Below, in pieces: positions 20,901 to 27,298 of a stretch of 64,000 nt of DNA (position 1 is the stretch's first letter; every line of letters begins with the position of its first letter). Location of the stretch: positions 12,923-76,922 of the forward strand of contig CAYYWO010000004.1 of assembly GCA_964474885.1 (NCBI GenBank), read 5' to 3'. Origin of the DNA: Candidatus Hadarchaeota archaeon. Its GTDB lineage: Archaea; Hadarchaeota; Hadarchaeia; Hadarchaeales; JAWBSP01. The position numbers were made by a program, and so were the translations under genes. The notes below the pieces were generated by a model. That model searched no databases and had not been told where the DNA came from. It worked only from the letters and a program-made list of their open reading frames with translations.

Positions 20901-23465
20901 CTCGACGAAAATGGGGTTTACTACTGGAAGGTATGTGCCAGGGACAATGCGGGAAACACCGGGCCCTTCACACCCTATGCCTGGAGATTCCACATAGATA
21001 CTACGCCGCCCGCCTCACCCTCCCTGCTATCACCGGAAAACCGGGGGTGGGCAAAACCCGAGGCTGAGCTATCCTGGCAGGAGGTACCCGAGAACTCCCC
21101 ACCCGTGCTCTACCTGGTCCAGATCTCCGACTTCCCGGACTTCCTGAACACGGTTAGGGAGGTAAAGACTTATGATAATTCGTGGACGGTCTCCCCACCG
21201 CTGCCCGTCAGCTCCTACTACTGGAGAGTAAAGGCGAGGGACAACGCGGGGAACTGGAGCGAGTGGTCGGAGGTTTGGTGGTTCAAAGTAGATAACGAAG
21301 CACCCTCCAAGCCCAGTTTGATCACACCAGAGAACGGGAGTCATGTCCAGGCGAACGCCCCTTTCACCCTCACCTTCACGGCCTCCGACGGAACGGGTTC
21401 GGGCGTGGCCTACTATCAAGTGCAGATCGACAATGACCCAGCCTTCCCCGCCCCCCTCATCGATGTCACAGTGTCCGATAACAGCTGTCAGGTGTCAGGG
21501 CTGGCTTGGGGGACTTACTACTGGCGCGTGAGAGCCATAGACAACGTGAGTAACGTGGGGCCTTGGTCGGATCCATACATCCTTTATTCGAGTGACTGGA
21601 AACTCTGTGATCGGTTCTCAGTGACTGCCCGAGGAAGGGTGTCTTGGGTGCTCAACGAGCGACTGGCTGGTAGGGTGGGTTCCCCCGCCAACTGGTTCTT
21701 CTGCGAATCGAGATCTGGAGGCATAGAGAACGTCGCTAGAGGATGGTTCTTCTTGGAAAGCTGGGCGAATGAGAACGCAGTTGGGGTGCACTACTGGGCA
21801 TTGGTCGAGAGATGGACTAATGCCCTTCGGGCCTATTCCACGTGGAAACACATCGATGTCCGCTCCTCGCGGCTGTTATCACCTCCAACCTACTGGCTCT
21901 TCCTTGAGCGGGTCACGGGAGAACTCGAGGCGACGTTGGGATGGTGGCTGCTTGAGGATTATGCAGGTGCCCTCACCCTTCCGGCGGGCTGGGAGTACTT
22001 GGAGAACTGGAATTCATCCCTTACAGGAGTGCACTACTGGGTACTGCTGGACGAGTGGCGGAGTCTCGCCTATCACCCCCTCTGGAGAACCCTCGACGTT
22101 ACTCCTTGCAGGCTTAACACACGTGCCGAGCACTACCGGCTGGAGGACAGAAGCGGGTACCTGGGTGTGCCTTCCTCCGCGTGGAGGCACGTAGAAACTG
22201 AGGCAGGCGGGTGTAGGTGGAAACCAGCTCACTGGACCCAAGTCGAGAGAATCCGATCCAGGTCGGTACCTGCCTTCTGGAGGCTACTGGAACGCTTCAG
22301 ATGCGGATTCGGCCCGAAAACAGGCTGGCTGTTCATTGAGAAGAAAATCCTCGGGATACGCACTCCCGCCACGAGATTCCACACTCTAGAGAGTCTCCGA
22401 TCCTCTCTATTCGCCCCACATATCTGGTCCTTGGTCGACAGAGGCAGAGGAGAGGTCTACACGTTCATCCACTGGAAGGCTTACATCAGAAGTGCGTACA
22501 TTCCTAGGAAGGGCTGGTTCGTACTCGAACTCAAAAGTTGCTCTGTCTTCGCTCCGAGATATCTAGAGGAGAGAAAAGAGCGGGAGGTATCGGTAACCCA
22601 AGTGGGGGTGCAGCAGTTCAGTCATTTGAGTGCCAGTGCAGAGAGAGCCTGGTGCAGGGTGCATCCGCCTCACTCGTCTATCTCGGTTGGGGAGTCTAAG
22701 TACCTACCCCCTTGGCTCCCGTCGCTGCCGGGTGAGCTCTGCAGGTACATTGATGTCAAGCTGAAGAACTGCCAGCTACTGAAACTGAGGATCAGGGTAA
22801 GCAAGGCCTGGCTCAAAAAGATGGACAGGAACACCTTGAGGGTTTGGGGGTACAAGGGTGAGTGGGTCTCCCTGCCCTTCGAACTCGCAGCGGAGGACGA
22901 GCTTTACCTGTACCTGGAGTTCGAGTCCCAAGGTTTCAGCTGCTTCGCGGTTACTGCGAGAAGAAAACCCTTCTTCCCGTGGTGGGCTGTTCTGTGGGTA
23001 TGGCTGGGGATCGTGGGAACCCTGGGATATCTGATGCTCCAGCCCTTCATCGGGGAGATACGTCTGCGCAGGCTACAGCAAAAATACGAGGAGTCCCTGA
23101 AAGGTGCTACCTATCGGAAGATAGCGAGCAGGCTCAGATCGATCGGCAGGAAGCTCAGCAAGGAGGATCGAATAGCTCTAAGAGAAATCGCTGAGGAGCT
23201 CAGGCTCCTCCCGCCTCCCACACTGGTCCCCGTGGAAGAAAAGCTCACCAAACCGGAGCTCATTGCCGTTGAGACTCTAGAGAAGTTCATCAGGGAGAGG
23301 AGAAAAAGAATACCCCTCCGCCGCGAGAAGCTGGAGGAACTGAAGAAACTTCAGAGAGAGATGCTGAGACGGCCAAAAGAAAGGCGCCGATCCAAGCGGA
23401 AACGGACCACTAGGAAATATGCCAGGAGCGAGCAGAAGAAGCCCGCTAAGAGATCTAAGAAATAA
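14949..23465 (+). CDS. giant (2838 aa) surface protein: signal/anchor, 4 x [about 4 FN3-like domains + Trp-periodic repeat block], pre-anchor module, TM helix, long basic cytoplasmic tail
   Basis: Uninterrupted 8517-nt ORF. TTG start preceded by TATTTAAAAA about 30 nt upstream. About 16 repeats of the FN3-like consensus tPtF.W...Y.l.vDnd.dFssP....t.y....L.dG.YYWRVRARDNAGN.S.WS. Four W-periodic blocks and a C-terminal TM helix FFPWWAVLWVWLGIVGTLGYLML. Confidence 0.85.
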   Translation: MSVRGGIGRWATILIDLLIVLSYMPPGVLAVLKTPQLLSPENDSWVNDNTPLFDWTDVTDATSYQILVDNDPDFTSPEINDFPTTSEYEPTVELEEGIFYYWEVRARNEDTGDSSNWSEVWCFRVDITPPLAPSLISPDNSVTLWVDQPTFSWSEVSDLSGITYRLEIDNDPNFSSPAYSILLTVTTHQLENKLVENFSPYYWRVTAVDGAGNENSSVVYKFNLKVPPASSVDPISPYWENSAFTVTMSASDNDGTVENVELWYRYSSDNTNWGDWILYDNDSTPPHSLVFSPPSGDGYYEFYSRAWDDRGNYENAPAQADARCGYDTVAPPAPENLLPENNADLVTPTPTLEWSRVSDMSGVKYEVLVDNDNLFEPPWSYQAENLAENTVTTSPLAPGLYYWKVRARDGAGNYGAWSEVYQFYVRAWRLLEDFNACIQTLSGWRPTEALSCGLSSPASWIRIEALAGGIAPTWWKLEESCCTTETLAGWKFVGSLQAGVRALLPSWVRIEQWSNTVKSVGLWNLLHSISSSVHSIPVAWRYLEGCSSVTRTLPQLWYFLGCYQGGCRAPAGWFGVEEWLCHLNFAAHWLTLTQLSASPSAPASWRPTDTLTSSTQTRGYWRLQGVWSAGLPAPVPSPRLTSPENSANLSTNSPLLCWENLLPADNYHLQVDNEPNFDQPEVDVWLTENSHQPTLPDGVYYWRVMQTRNSAASEWSSVFSFRLDTVPPPKPTLLFPANQNINDNTPLFRWTSVPENSLPLSYWIEIDNEPAFNPPKLLSTGWLWDNYYQLTTELSDGEYYWRVKVRDNAGNLGDWSSENFRVDTVRPSAPAPISPTSNAWASVTPTFTWQRVSENSFPVKYRVFVCEDSGFDTSVYKVYVSPWLTENEWTSPVLVEGLGVEGKLFYWRVCALDNAGNLSENSPIQVFRTDNVPPSVPDILAPENCAYVSEVFTLAYTASDGGSGVASYWVQVMDENGEIVYENQEAENRVVLRLSEGTYQWRVRARDAIGNLSDWSALYTFTVSIWRFIESWSLALGTPRRWHPIESFSASSEGRVSWRELDTWVASALCPAGWVLSEGVSSAVGTRARYLQLASLTATVAPKAGWASVATFSSSLSSPGSWELLDSRSAESSAPSSWVRVEQMISSLAYPTAWRKLETYSCILTNMPGWRSVEDITVLLWSPSFFRFLDSYCGKLAGPVRWWVLSAQTSGARTVVGWAPVELVSATCNTKRAWTLVGSYAARTSAPAVWKGLASLSAAISAPIPTPTLVSPADGTNINPNLSTLTLRWENSLSADNFDLQIDNNADFSSPEVSVTVTGNKYSPADLPDNLYWWRVRQRRTGSVSGWSGAWKFRVDTLEPSPPEPLSPIEGENLNDPIPVLEWSEPPENSLPLTYKVQVATSRFFESGTILRETWVSEPRWEVSPALPDNVYYWRVLARDNAGNNSLYSEVRSFRVDTLSPPAPTLVEPENDSWAPGDFRFSWTSIPENSLPVVYNLVIAYDSDFSEMVENVFLLENTYSTSLAEGSYWWKVRARDNAGNWSEWSDAWTFTLDNTPPSQVVLTRPENSSFVQSGPVTFGWQSASDEGSGVGRYWIQIWRNGSLVYENCSVPDNSLTVEVPTGLYWWRVRAVDVAGNAGGWSEPFVFTSSDWHQLESWQLPLVAPASWKGDESWTVSALGAALWRKLEISSARTSSPGRWELSDSWVTSMCSPSAWYSLDGRSISIVSPVAWKKLENWIGSCALPALWHLTEILPASLKTVAHWLELEAQTGTCHGLLGKWRLIDQLQGTVLAPAFWLPLMSIQSQAGAVSNWQKVSTWPATIGGPIHPPVLIAPENTNTNDNTPTFQWDNLQPVDNFEFMLDNDADFSSPEVHLTTSDKSYTSGELPDGVYWWRVRCWRTGTAGGWSEVRYLRVDTVSPSSPDLLSPSDGEDVSDSTPVLSWSSPPENSLPLTYNLKISTSPYFEPENIVIDVWVEENSYEVSGLDENGVYYWKVCARDNAGNTGPFTPYAWRFHIDTTPPASPSLLSPENRGWAKPEAELSWQEVPENSPPVLYLVQISDFPDFLNTVREVKTYDNSWTVSPPLPVSSYYWRVKARDNAGNWSEWSEVWWFKVDNEAPSKPSLITPENGSHVQANAPFTLTFTASDGTGSGVAYYQVQIDNDPAFPAPLIDVTVSDNSCQVSGLAWGTYYWRVRAIDNVSNVGPWSDPYILYSSDWKLCDRFSVTARGRVSWVLNERLAGRVGSPANWFFCESRSGGIENVARGWFFLESWANENAVGVHYWALVERWTNALRAYSTWKHIDVRSSRLLSPPTYWLFLERVTGELEATLGWWLLEDYAGALTLPAGWEYLENWNSSLTGVHYWVLLDEWRSLAYHPLWRTLDVTPCRLNTRAEHYRLEDRSGYLGVPSSAWRHVETEAGGCRWKPAHWTQVERIRSRSVPAFWRLLERFRCGFGPKTGWLFIEKKILGIRTPATRFHTLESLRSSLFAPHIWSLVDRGRGEVYTFIHWKAYIRSAYIPRKGWFVLELKSCSVFAPRYLEERKEREVSVTQVGVQQFSHLSASAERAWCRVHPPHSSISVGESKYLPPWLPSLPGELCRYIDVKLKNCQLLKLRIRVSKAWLKKMDRNTLRVWGYKGEWVSLPFELAAEDELYLYLEFESQGFSCFAVTARRKPFFPWWAVLWVWLGIVGTLGYLMLQPFIGEIRLRRLQQKYEESLKGATYRKIASRLRSIGRKLSKEDRIALREIAEELRLLPPPTLVPVEEKLTKPELIAVETLEKFIRERRKRIPLRREKLEELKKLQREMLRRPKERRRSKRKRTTRKYARSEQKKPAKRSKK
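16224..16862 (+). repeat. Trp-periodic repeat block 1 inside giant gene (approximate)
   Basis: About 10 units of about 21 aa, each with W-[RK]-x-[LV]-[ED] (WRLLED, WIRIEAL, WWKLEE, WVRIEQW). Confidence 0.6.
18016..18745 (+). repeat. Trp-periodic repeat block 2 (approximate)
   Basis: SIWRFIESW, SWRELDTW, SWELLDSR, SWVRVEQM, AWRKLETY, GWRSVEDI at about 21-aa spacing. Confidence 0.6.
19891..20420 (+). repeat. Trp-periodic repeat block 3 (approximate)
   Basis: DWHQLESW, SWKGDESW, LWRKLEIS, RWELSDSW, AWKKLENW, KWRLIDQL etc. Confidence 0.6.
21589..22560 (+). repeat. Trp-periodic repeat block 4 (longest; approximate)
   Basis: DWKLCDRF, NWFFCESR, GWFFLESW, HYWALVERW, TYWLFLERV, GWWLLEDY, HYWVLLDEW, FWRLLERF, GWLFIEKK, GWFVLELK. 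Confidence 0.6.
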
Positions 23466-24016
23466 TGCTCCCCAAGGTACAGGGTCGAGACCACCATTAG
23501 GGACAGGATGCACGCCCAGCCTAGCGTCCACCCCGTGCCCAGAGTGCGGATGAAGAGCAAACAGGACAGGCCGTTCCCCGCGTGCATGGACGGAAAGGAG
23601 CCCCAAGGATAGGGATTGAAGTTCTCCGTGAAGCCTGCCAGCTCGTTTCTGACAGACCTGACGCCTTCTACCGCAAGTCTGGGGGGGCTCACGGGGTAGA
23701 GGAGCCAGGTCACCTGAGCCGCTATCTGGCTTATAATGAAGACCAGCAGGTACTGCCTGAACGCCTCAGCTTTCCTGAAAGAGAGAAGGCATGCTGTCCC
23801 GTAAATCAGAATTGGATATCCTAAGAGATATACAGCCAGATTGAGGAGATCCATCAATTTCGATGACATCCTCTCCTGGATCTCCACGACTAGCTCACCG
23901 TCGAAGGAGTTGGGATTCTGAGGGACTGGGTAAAATCTGGGGAGGAAGTCGAAGATCATCACAGCAAGGGCGAAAATCATTATCCTGCTCAGATGCTTTT
24001 TAAGGTGTCTGTCCAT
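23351..24016 (-). CDS. PAP2 (type 2 phosphatidic acid phosphatase) family membrane protein
   Basis: PAP2 signature pieces SFPSMHA and GEHYFLD; multi-pass. Its last 115 nt overlap the 3' end of the giant gene on the opposite strand. Confidence 0.7.
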   Translation of the reverse strand: MDRHLKKHLSRIMIFALAVMIFDFLPRFYPVPQNPNSFDGELVVEIQERMSSKLMDLLNLAVYLLGYPILIYGTACLLSFRKAEAFRQYLLVFIISQIAAQVTWLLYPVSPPRLAVEGVRSVRNELAGFTENFNPYPWGSFPSMHAGNGLSCLLFIRTLGTGWTLGWACILSLMVVSTLYLGEHYFLDLLAGFFCSLLAYFLVVRFRLDRRLSFGRLSISL

Positions 24017-24031
24017 CCAACCTTTGAAGGG

Positions 24032-25132
24032 CTATTTAAAGAGGATGCGCAGCAGGGCGTGAGGGAGGCATTTGACGGACCTAACGTGGTGATCGAAGTC
24101 CGCCCCCAAAACTATCGCCCGCCTAAGGCTGTCGGAACGAAGCAGGTAGTACAGCACCTTCAATCGCCTAGGCCCCAGCGAAAAGAGAGTGGAGGAAATC
24201 ACCCTCCCCCACCTGAACTCCGACCCGAAGCGCCTCCGGACCTCCTCTTGGTAGGAGTCCAAGGGGGAGCCCCGCTCTAGGAAGTCGTTGATCGAGCTTG
24301 CCGCCAGCTGCGAGCAGGACAATCCAATGTAAAGCCCCCCCTTCGTTATGGGCTTGACCTGCGCTGCCGCATCCCCCACCAAGAGGATCCCATTTCTCAC
24401 CAAGTGGGGCGAATCGAGGGGGATGATATCCGCGCACGGCTTCCCGCAAGATCCCCTGATCCTACCCATCCGGTGCAGCTTGGAGAGGAAGCGTTCCAGG
24501 TGAGAGAACGGGTTGTCGTAGCTACCCAGACCCACCCTCGCCCGGTCGCCCGCGGGTACCAGCCAGCTGAAGAAACCCGGAGGCGAGCCGAGGAAGACCT
24601 CCGCTACCCCCTCCGTTACTTCCGCCCTGACCTCCACCTGGGCGAAATTCATGAACCTCCTCCCCTTCACTAGACCTGAGCGCCTCCCGACTAGGCTGTT
24701 CGGCCCGTCCGCCCCCACTATCACCCTAGCCCGCCTGCAGCTGCCGTTGACCTCGATCTCCCCGCGCCTGACCTTCCTGCACCTGGACCTCAGGTTCAGC
24801 TGGGCCCCCGCATTCACCGCTAGATCCGCGATTTGCTGGTCGAACCTGGGCCTGTCCAGCACCCACGCCTGGGGCTCCGGGGCCCAGAGCTCGGCCCTCT
24901 CACCGGTTGGGAAGTGGAGCACCGCCCCCCTCAGCTCCTCCAGAATCAGGCTACGCTTGGGCCGGATGCCTATCTCCTCCATACCCCTTATCCCCACGAT
25001 GCCCGCGCAGCACCAGGGGTAACCGATCCTGGGATGCTCCTCAAAAATTGCCACCTCCCAGCCTGCGCTCGCCAGCCTGCAGGCCAAAAAGCATCCAGTG
25101 GGGCCACCACCTATTACCGCAACGTCAAGCAT
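24032..25132 (-). CDS. geranylgeranyl reductase family FAD-dependent oxidoreductase (archaeal lipid saturation)
   Basis: N-terminal FAD motif DVAVIGGGPTGCFLACRLA; 366 aa. Confidence 0.85.
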   Translation of the reverse strand: MLDVAVIGGGPTGCFLACRLASAGWEVAIFEEHPRIGYPWCCAGIVGIRGMEEIGIRPKRSLILEELRGAVLHFPTGERAELWAPEPQAWVLDRPRFDQQIADLAVNAGAQLNLRSRCRKVRRGEIEVNGSCRRARVIVGADGPNSLVGRRSGLVKGRRFMNFAQVEVRAEVTEGVAEVFLGSPPGFFSWLVPAGDRARVGLGSYDNPFSHLERFLSKLHRMGRIRGSCGKPCADIIPLDSPHLVRNGILLVGDAAAQVKPITKGGLYIGLSCSQLAASSINDFLERGSPLDSYQEEVRRRFGSEFRWGRVISSTLFSLGPRRLKVLYYLLRSDSLRRAIVLGADFDHHVRSVKCLPHALLRILFK

Positions 25133-25136
25133 CCGG

Positions 25137-25451
25137 TCACTTCACCGTGTCCGAGATCCACCTCAAGAACCCCTCGAAGCCCGCCTCCACACGGAAGCAG
25201 CAAATGCAAGGAACCTCATAGCTGTGGAGCTCCCTCACCGCCCGCTCGACCTCCTCGAACTTCTCGAACTTCGTTTTGCATATTAGGGCATGCTCGCTCT
25301 CCCGCTGGATCTCGTTCTGCCACCAGAAGAGGGATCTAATAGGGAAGATGTTGGCGCAAGCTATCAGCCTTCTCCTCAGCAACTCTTCTGCGATCTTTTG
25401 AGCCTCGGCTTCATCCCTACAAGTGATGTAGATGAAGACGCAGTCTGCCAT
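25137..25451 (-). CDS. cutA: divalent-cation tolerance protein CutA
   Basis: 104 aa; IYITCRDEAEAQKIAEELLRRRLIACANI matches the CutA1 family. Confidence 0.85.
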   Translation of the reverse strand: MADCVFIYITCRDEAEAQKIAEELLRRRLIACANIFPIRSLFWWQNEIQRESEHALICKTKFEKFEEVERAVRELHSYEVPCICCFRVEAGFEGFLRWISDTVK

Positions 25452-25504
25452 CCATAAATCGGGTGGTAAAACAAAACAACTTTCCAGTTGTTCCCTTCGA
25501 AGGA

Positions 25505-25579
25505 TGCCGGGGGCGGGATTTGAACCCGCGGCCTCGGGATTATGAGTCCCGCGCTATAACCAGGCTTAGCTACCCCGGC
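25505..25579 (-). tRNA. tRNA with CAU anticodon (Met or Ile2); G1-C72, so not an initiator
   Basis: Minus-strand read GCCGGGGTAGCTAAGCCTGGTTATAGCGCGGGACTCATAATCCCGAGGCCGCGGGTTCAAATCCCGCCCCCGGCA. 7-bp acceptor stem, T-loop TTCAAAT, anticodon loop CTCATAA. CCA not encoded. Confidence 0.85.
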
Positions 25580-25582
25580 GGC

Positions 25583-26281
25583 TCATCCGATATTAGCCAA
25601 AAAACGCAAAAATTCATCTTCAGTCGAGATCAGCTTGGCCCCCTCCTCATAGCCCACCACCAGCTGGTCCGCCATGCCTGGAAAGATGCCGTTCTCCACC
25701 ACTCCCGGGATCTGATTGATCCGCCTCTCCATGTCCGCGGGATCTCCCAGGCTCTCAAACCTCGTGTCGAAGATGTAGTTCCCGTTGTCCGTGACGAAGG
25801 GCTCCCCATGGACGAGCCTCAGCTCGGGCTTGCCTCCCAGTCCCTCTAGGCCCCGCCTGGCCACCCCGGCTGCGAAGGGGATCACCTCCACCGGGACCGG
25901 GGCACTCAGCTCCCTGACCAGCTTGGTCCGGTCCACCACGAAGACCACGCGCCTGGCGGACTTGCACAGGATCTTCTCCCGTGTCAGAGCCCCACCTCTA
26001 CCTTTAACCGCGTTCAGCCGGGGATCCACCTCATCCGCCCCATCCAGGACCAGATCCAAGACAGGACATTTCTCCAAATCTGCCAGAGCAAGACCCAGTT
26101 CTCTCGCCTTCCTCTCGGTCAGCTTTGAGGCTGGGACTATCTCCACCCTAGGCTTCCTCCTTCCCAGCTCCTCTAGGATCTTCTGGACTGTAGTCCCGTG
26201 ACCTATGCCTATTTTCATCCCATCCTCGACGAAGCTAGCCGCAAGGGCCGCTGCCCTCTCTTTCCACTCCCCAATTGACAA
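25583..26281 (-). CDS. rpiA: ribose-5-phosphate isomerase A
   Basis: DGADEVD...KGRGGALTREK motif; 232 aa. Confidence 0.85.
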   Translation of the reverse strand: MSIGEWKERAAALAASFVEDGMKIGIGHGTTVQKILEELGRRKPRVEIVPASKLTERKARELGLALADLEKCPVLDLVLDGADEVDPRLNAVKGRGGALTREKILCKSARRVVFVVDRTKLVRELSAPVPVEVIPFAAGVARRGLEGLGGKPELRLVHGEPFVTDNGNYIFDTRFESLGDPADMERRINQIPGVVENGIFPGMADQLVVGYEEGAKLISTEDEFLRFLANIG

Positions 26282-26342
26282 ATAAATTAACTCTTTAGTG
26301 CATTTATCTTAGTCGCGGGAGCAACACAACTATAAGAGAAAT

Positions 26343-26882
26343 GTGCCATTCTTGAAGATGAGAAGAACCATTCCAGTGCACGAGGTGATGACGAGAGAGG
26401 TCGTGACGATTTCTCCTAAAGATACCATCGCCAAGGCAGCCAAGCTCATGAGCGCCAAGCGGGTAGGGTGCCTGGTGGTGGTGCAGAGCCAAAAACCGAT
26501 AGGGATCCTGACGGAGAGGGACATCCTTACGAAGGTCGTGGGTCTGGACCTGAAGGCAAGCAAGGTTCTGGTCGGGGAAATAATGTCCACACCTCCCATC
26601 ACCATAACACCCGAGGTAGACGTGACTGAGGCAGCAAAGCTAATGAGCAAGCACAACATAAGGCGCCTGCCCGTTGTCAACGAAGGAAAGCTGGTGGGAA
26701 TAGTTACCTCGAGCGATATCGCCTCCGTCCTTCCAGAGGTGAAGGAGCTCAACCTGATGGAGGTCCCACCGGCGGAGGAAATGGGAACCAGTGTTTGCGA
26801 GGTCTGCGGGCAGTTCACCAACGACCTGTACGAGGTAAACGGAAAGTGGGTCTGCGAGAGCTGTAGGGACAGCATGCAATGA
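26343..26882 (+). CDS. CBS-domain pair protein with C-terminal zinc ribbon (likely start ATG 26358)
   Basis: Two CBS motifs (MTREVVTISP..., GEIMSTPPITITPEV...), then CEVCGQ...CESC. CTATAAGAG box about 25 nt upstream of 26358. Confidence 0.8.
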   Translation: MPFLKMRRTIPVHEVMTREVVTISPKDTIAKAAKLMSAKRVGCLVVVQSQKPIGILTERDILTKVVGLDLKASKVLVGEIMSTPPITITPEVDVTEAAKLMSKHNIRRLPVVNEGKLVGIVTSSDIASVLPEVKELNLMEVPPAEEMGTSVCEVCGQFTNDLYEVNGKWVCESCRDSMQ

Positions 26883-27298
26883 TTACAGTGAGGCAGGGGC
26901 AAACCTTAGTGTTAGAGGTATTATTAACTAGAATCCCCGATGGTAACGCCGCTCCTCATCTACCTAGCGGGTAAAGGGCAAGGTGTATTAATTCCGCGAC
27001 CTAAACCTAGAAAAACTCGTACCAGATATCGAGAAAAGTTGGTGAGAGCTTCGCGACGGCTATCCAATCGGTGAACCTGATGATGTCTGAGAATCTCGTC
27101 CGAGCCGCCCGCAGGTGTGGCTGCTCCTGCAGACGGGCGGGTGGAACACGGTCGTCGATGAGAGAGGTGTGACGAGTCCCGAGTGCGATTTGTGAGGCTA
27201 ATCCTTTGGGACAATGAATCTCCTCGGCTACATAACCTAATGAACAAGGGGTCATCGGGTTGGTGAGAAGACGTAGATTACGGCTGCTGAAACTCTGG

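Noticed and set aside
15063-22241. Numerous 60-250-aa ORFs on both strands inside the giant gene (e.g. 15063-15809 -, 18031-18444 -, 19094-19567 +)
   Set aside because: These are antisense or out-of-frame read-throughs of a GC-rich repetitive coding region. The +1 frame carries the consistent repeat architecture for 8.5 kb.
25452-25582. Integrated element or integrase adjacent to tRNA-Met, and likewise near tRNA-Gly at 56114
   Set aside because: Flanking genes are ordinary housekeeping or transport genes. No integrase, direct repeat of the tRNA 3' end, or compositional shift is evident.
27100-27145. Helix-8-like SRP RNA motif (AGGAGCAGCC on the minus strand)
   Set aside because: It resembles GGAAGCAGCC of SRP RNA, but the hairpin has a 10-nt loop instead of the conserved GNRA tetraloop, and other SRP helices could not be located by eye.
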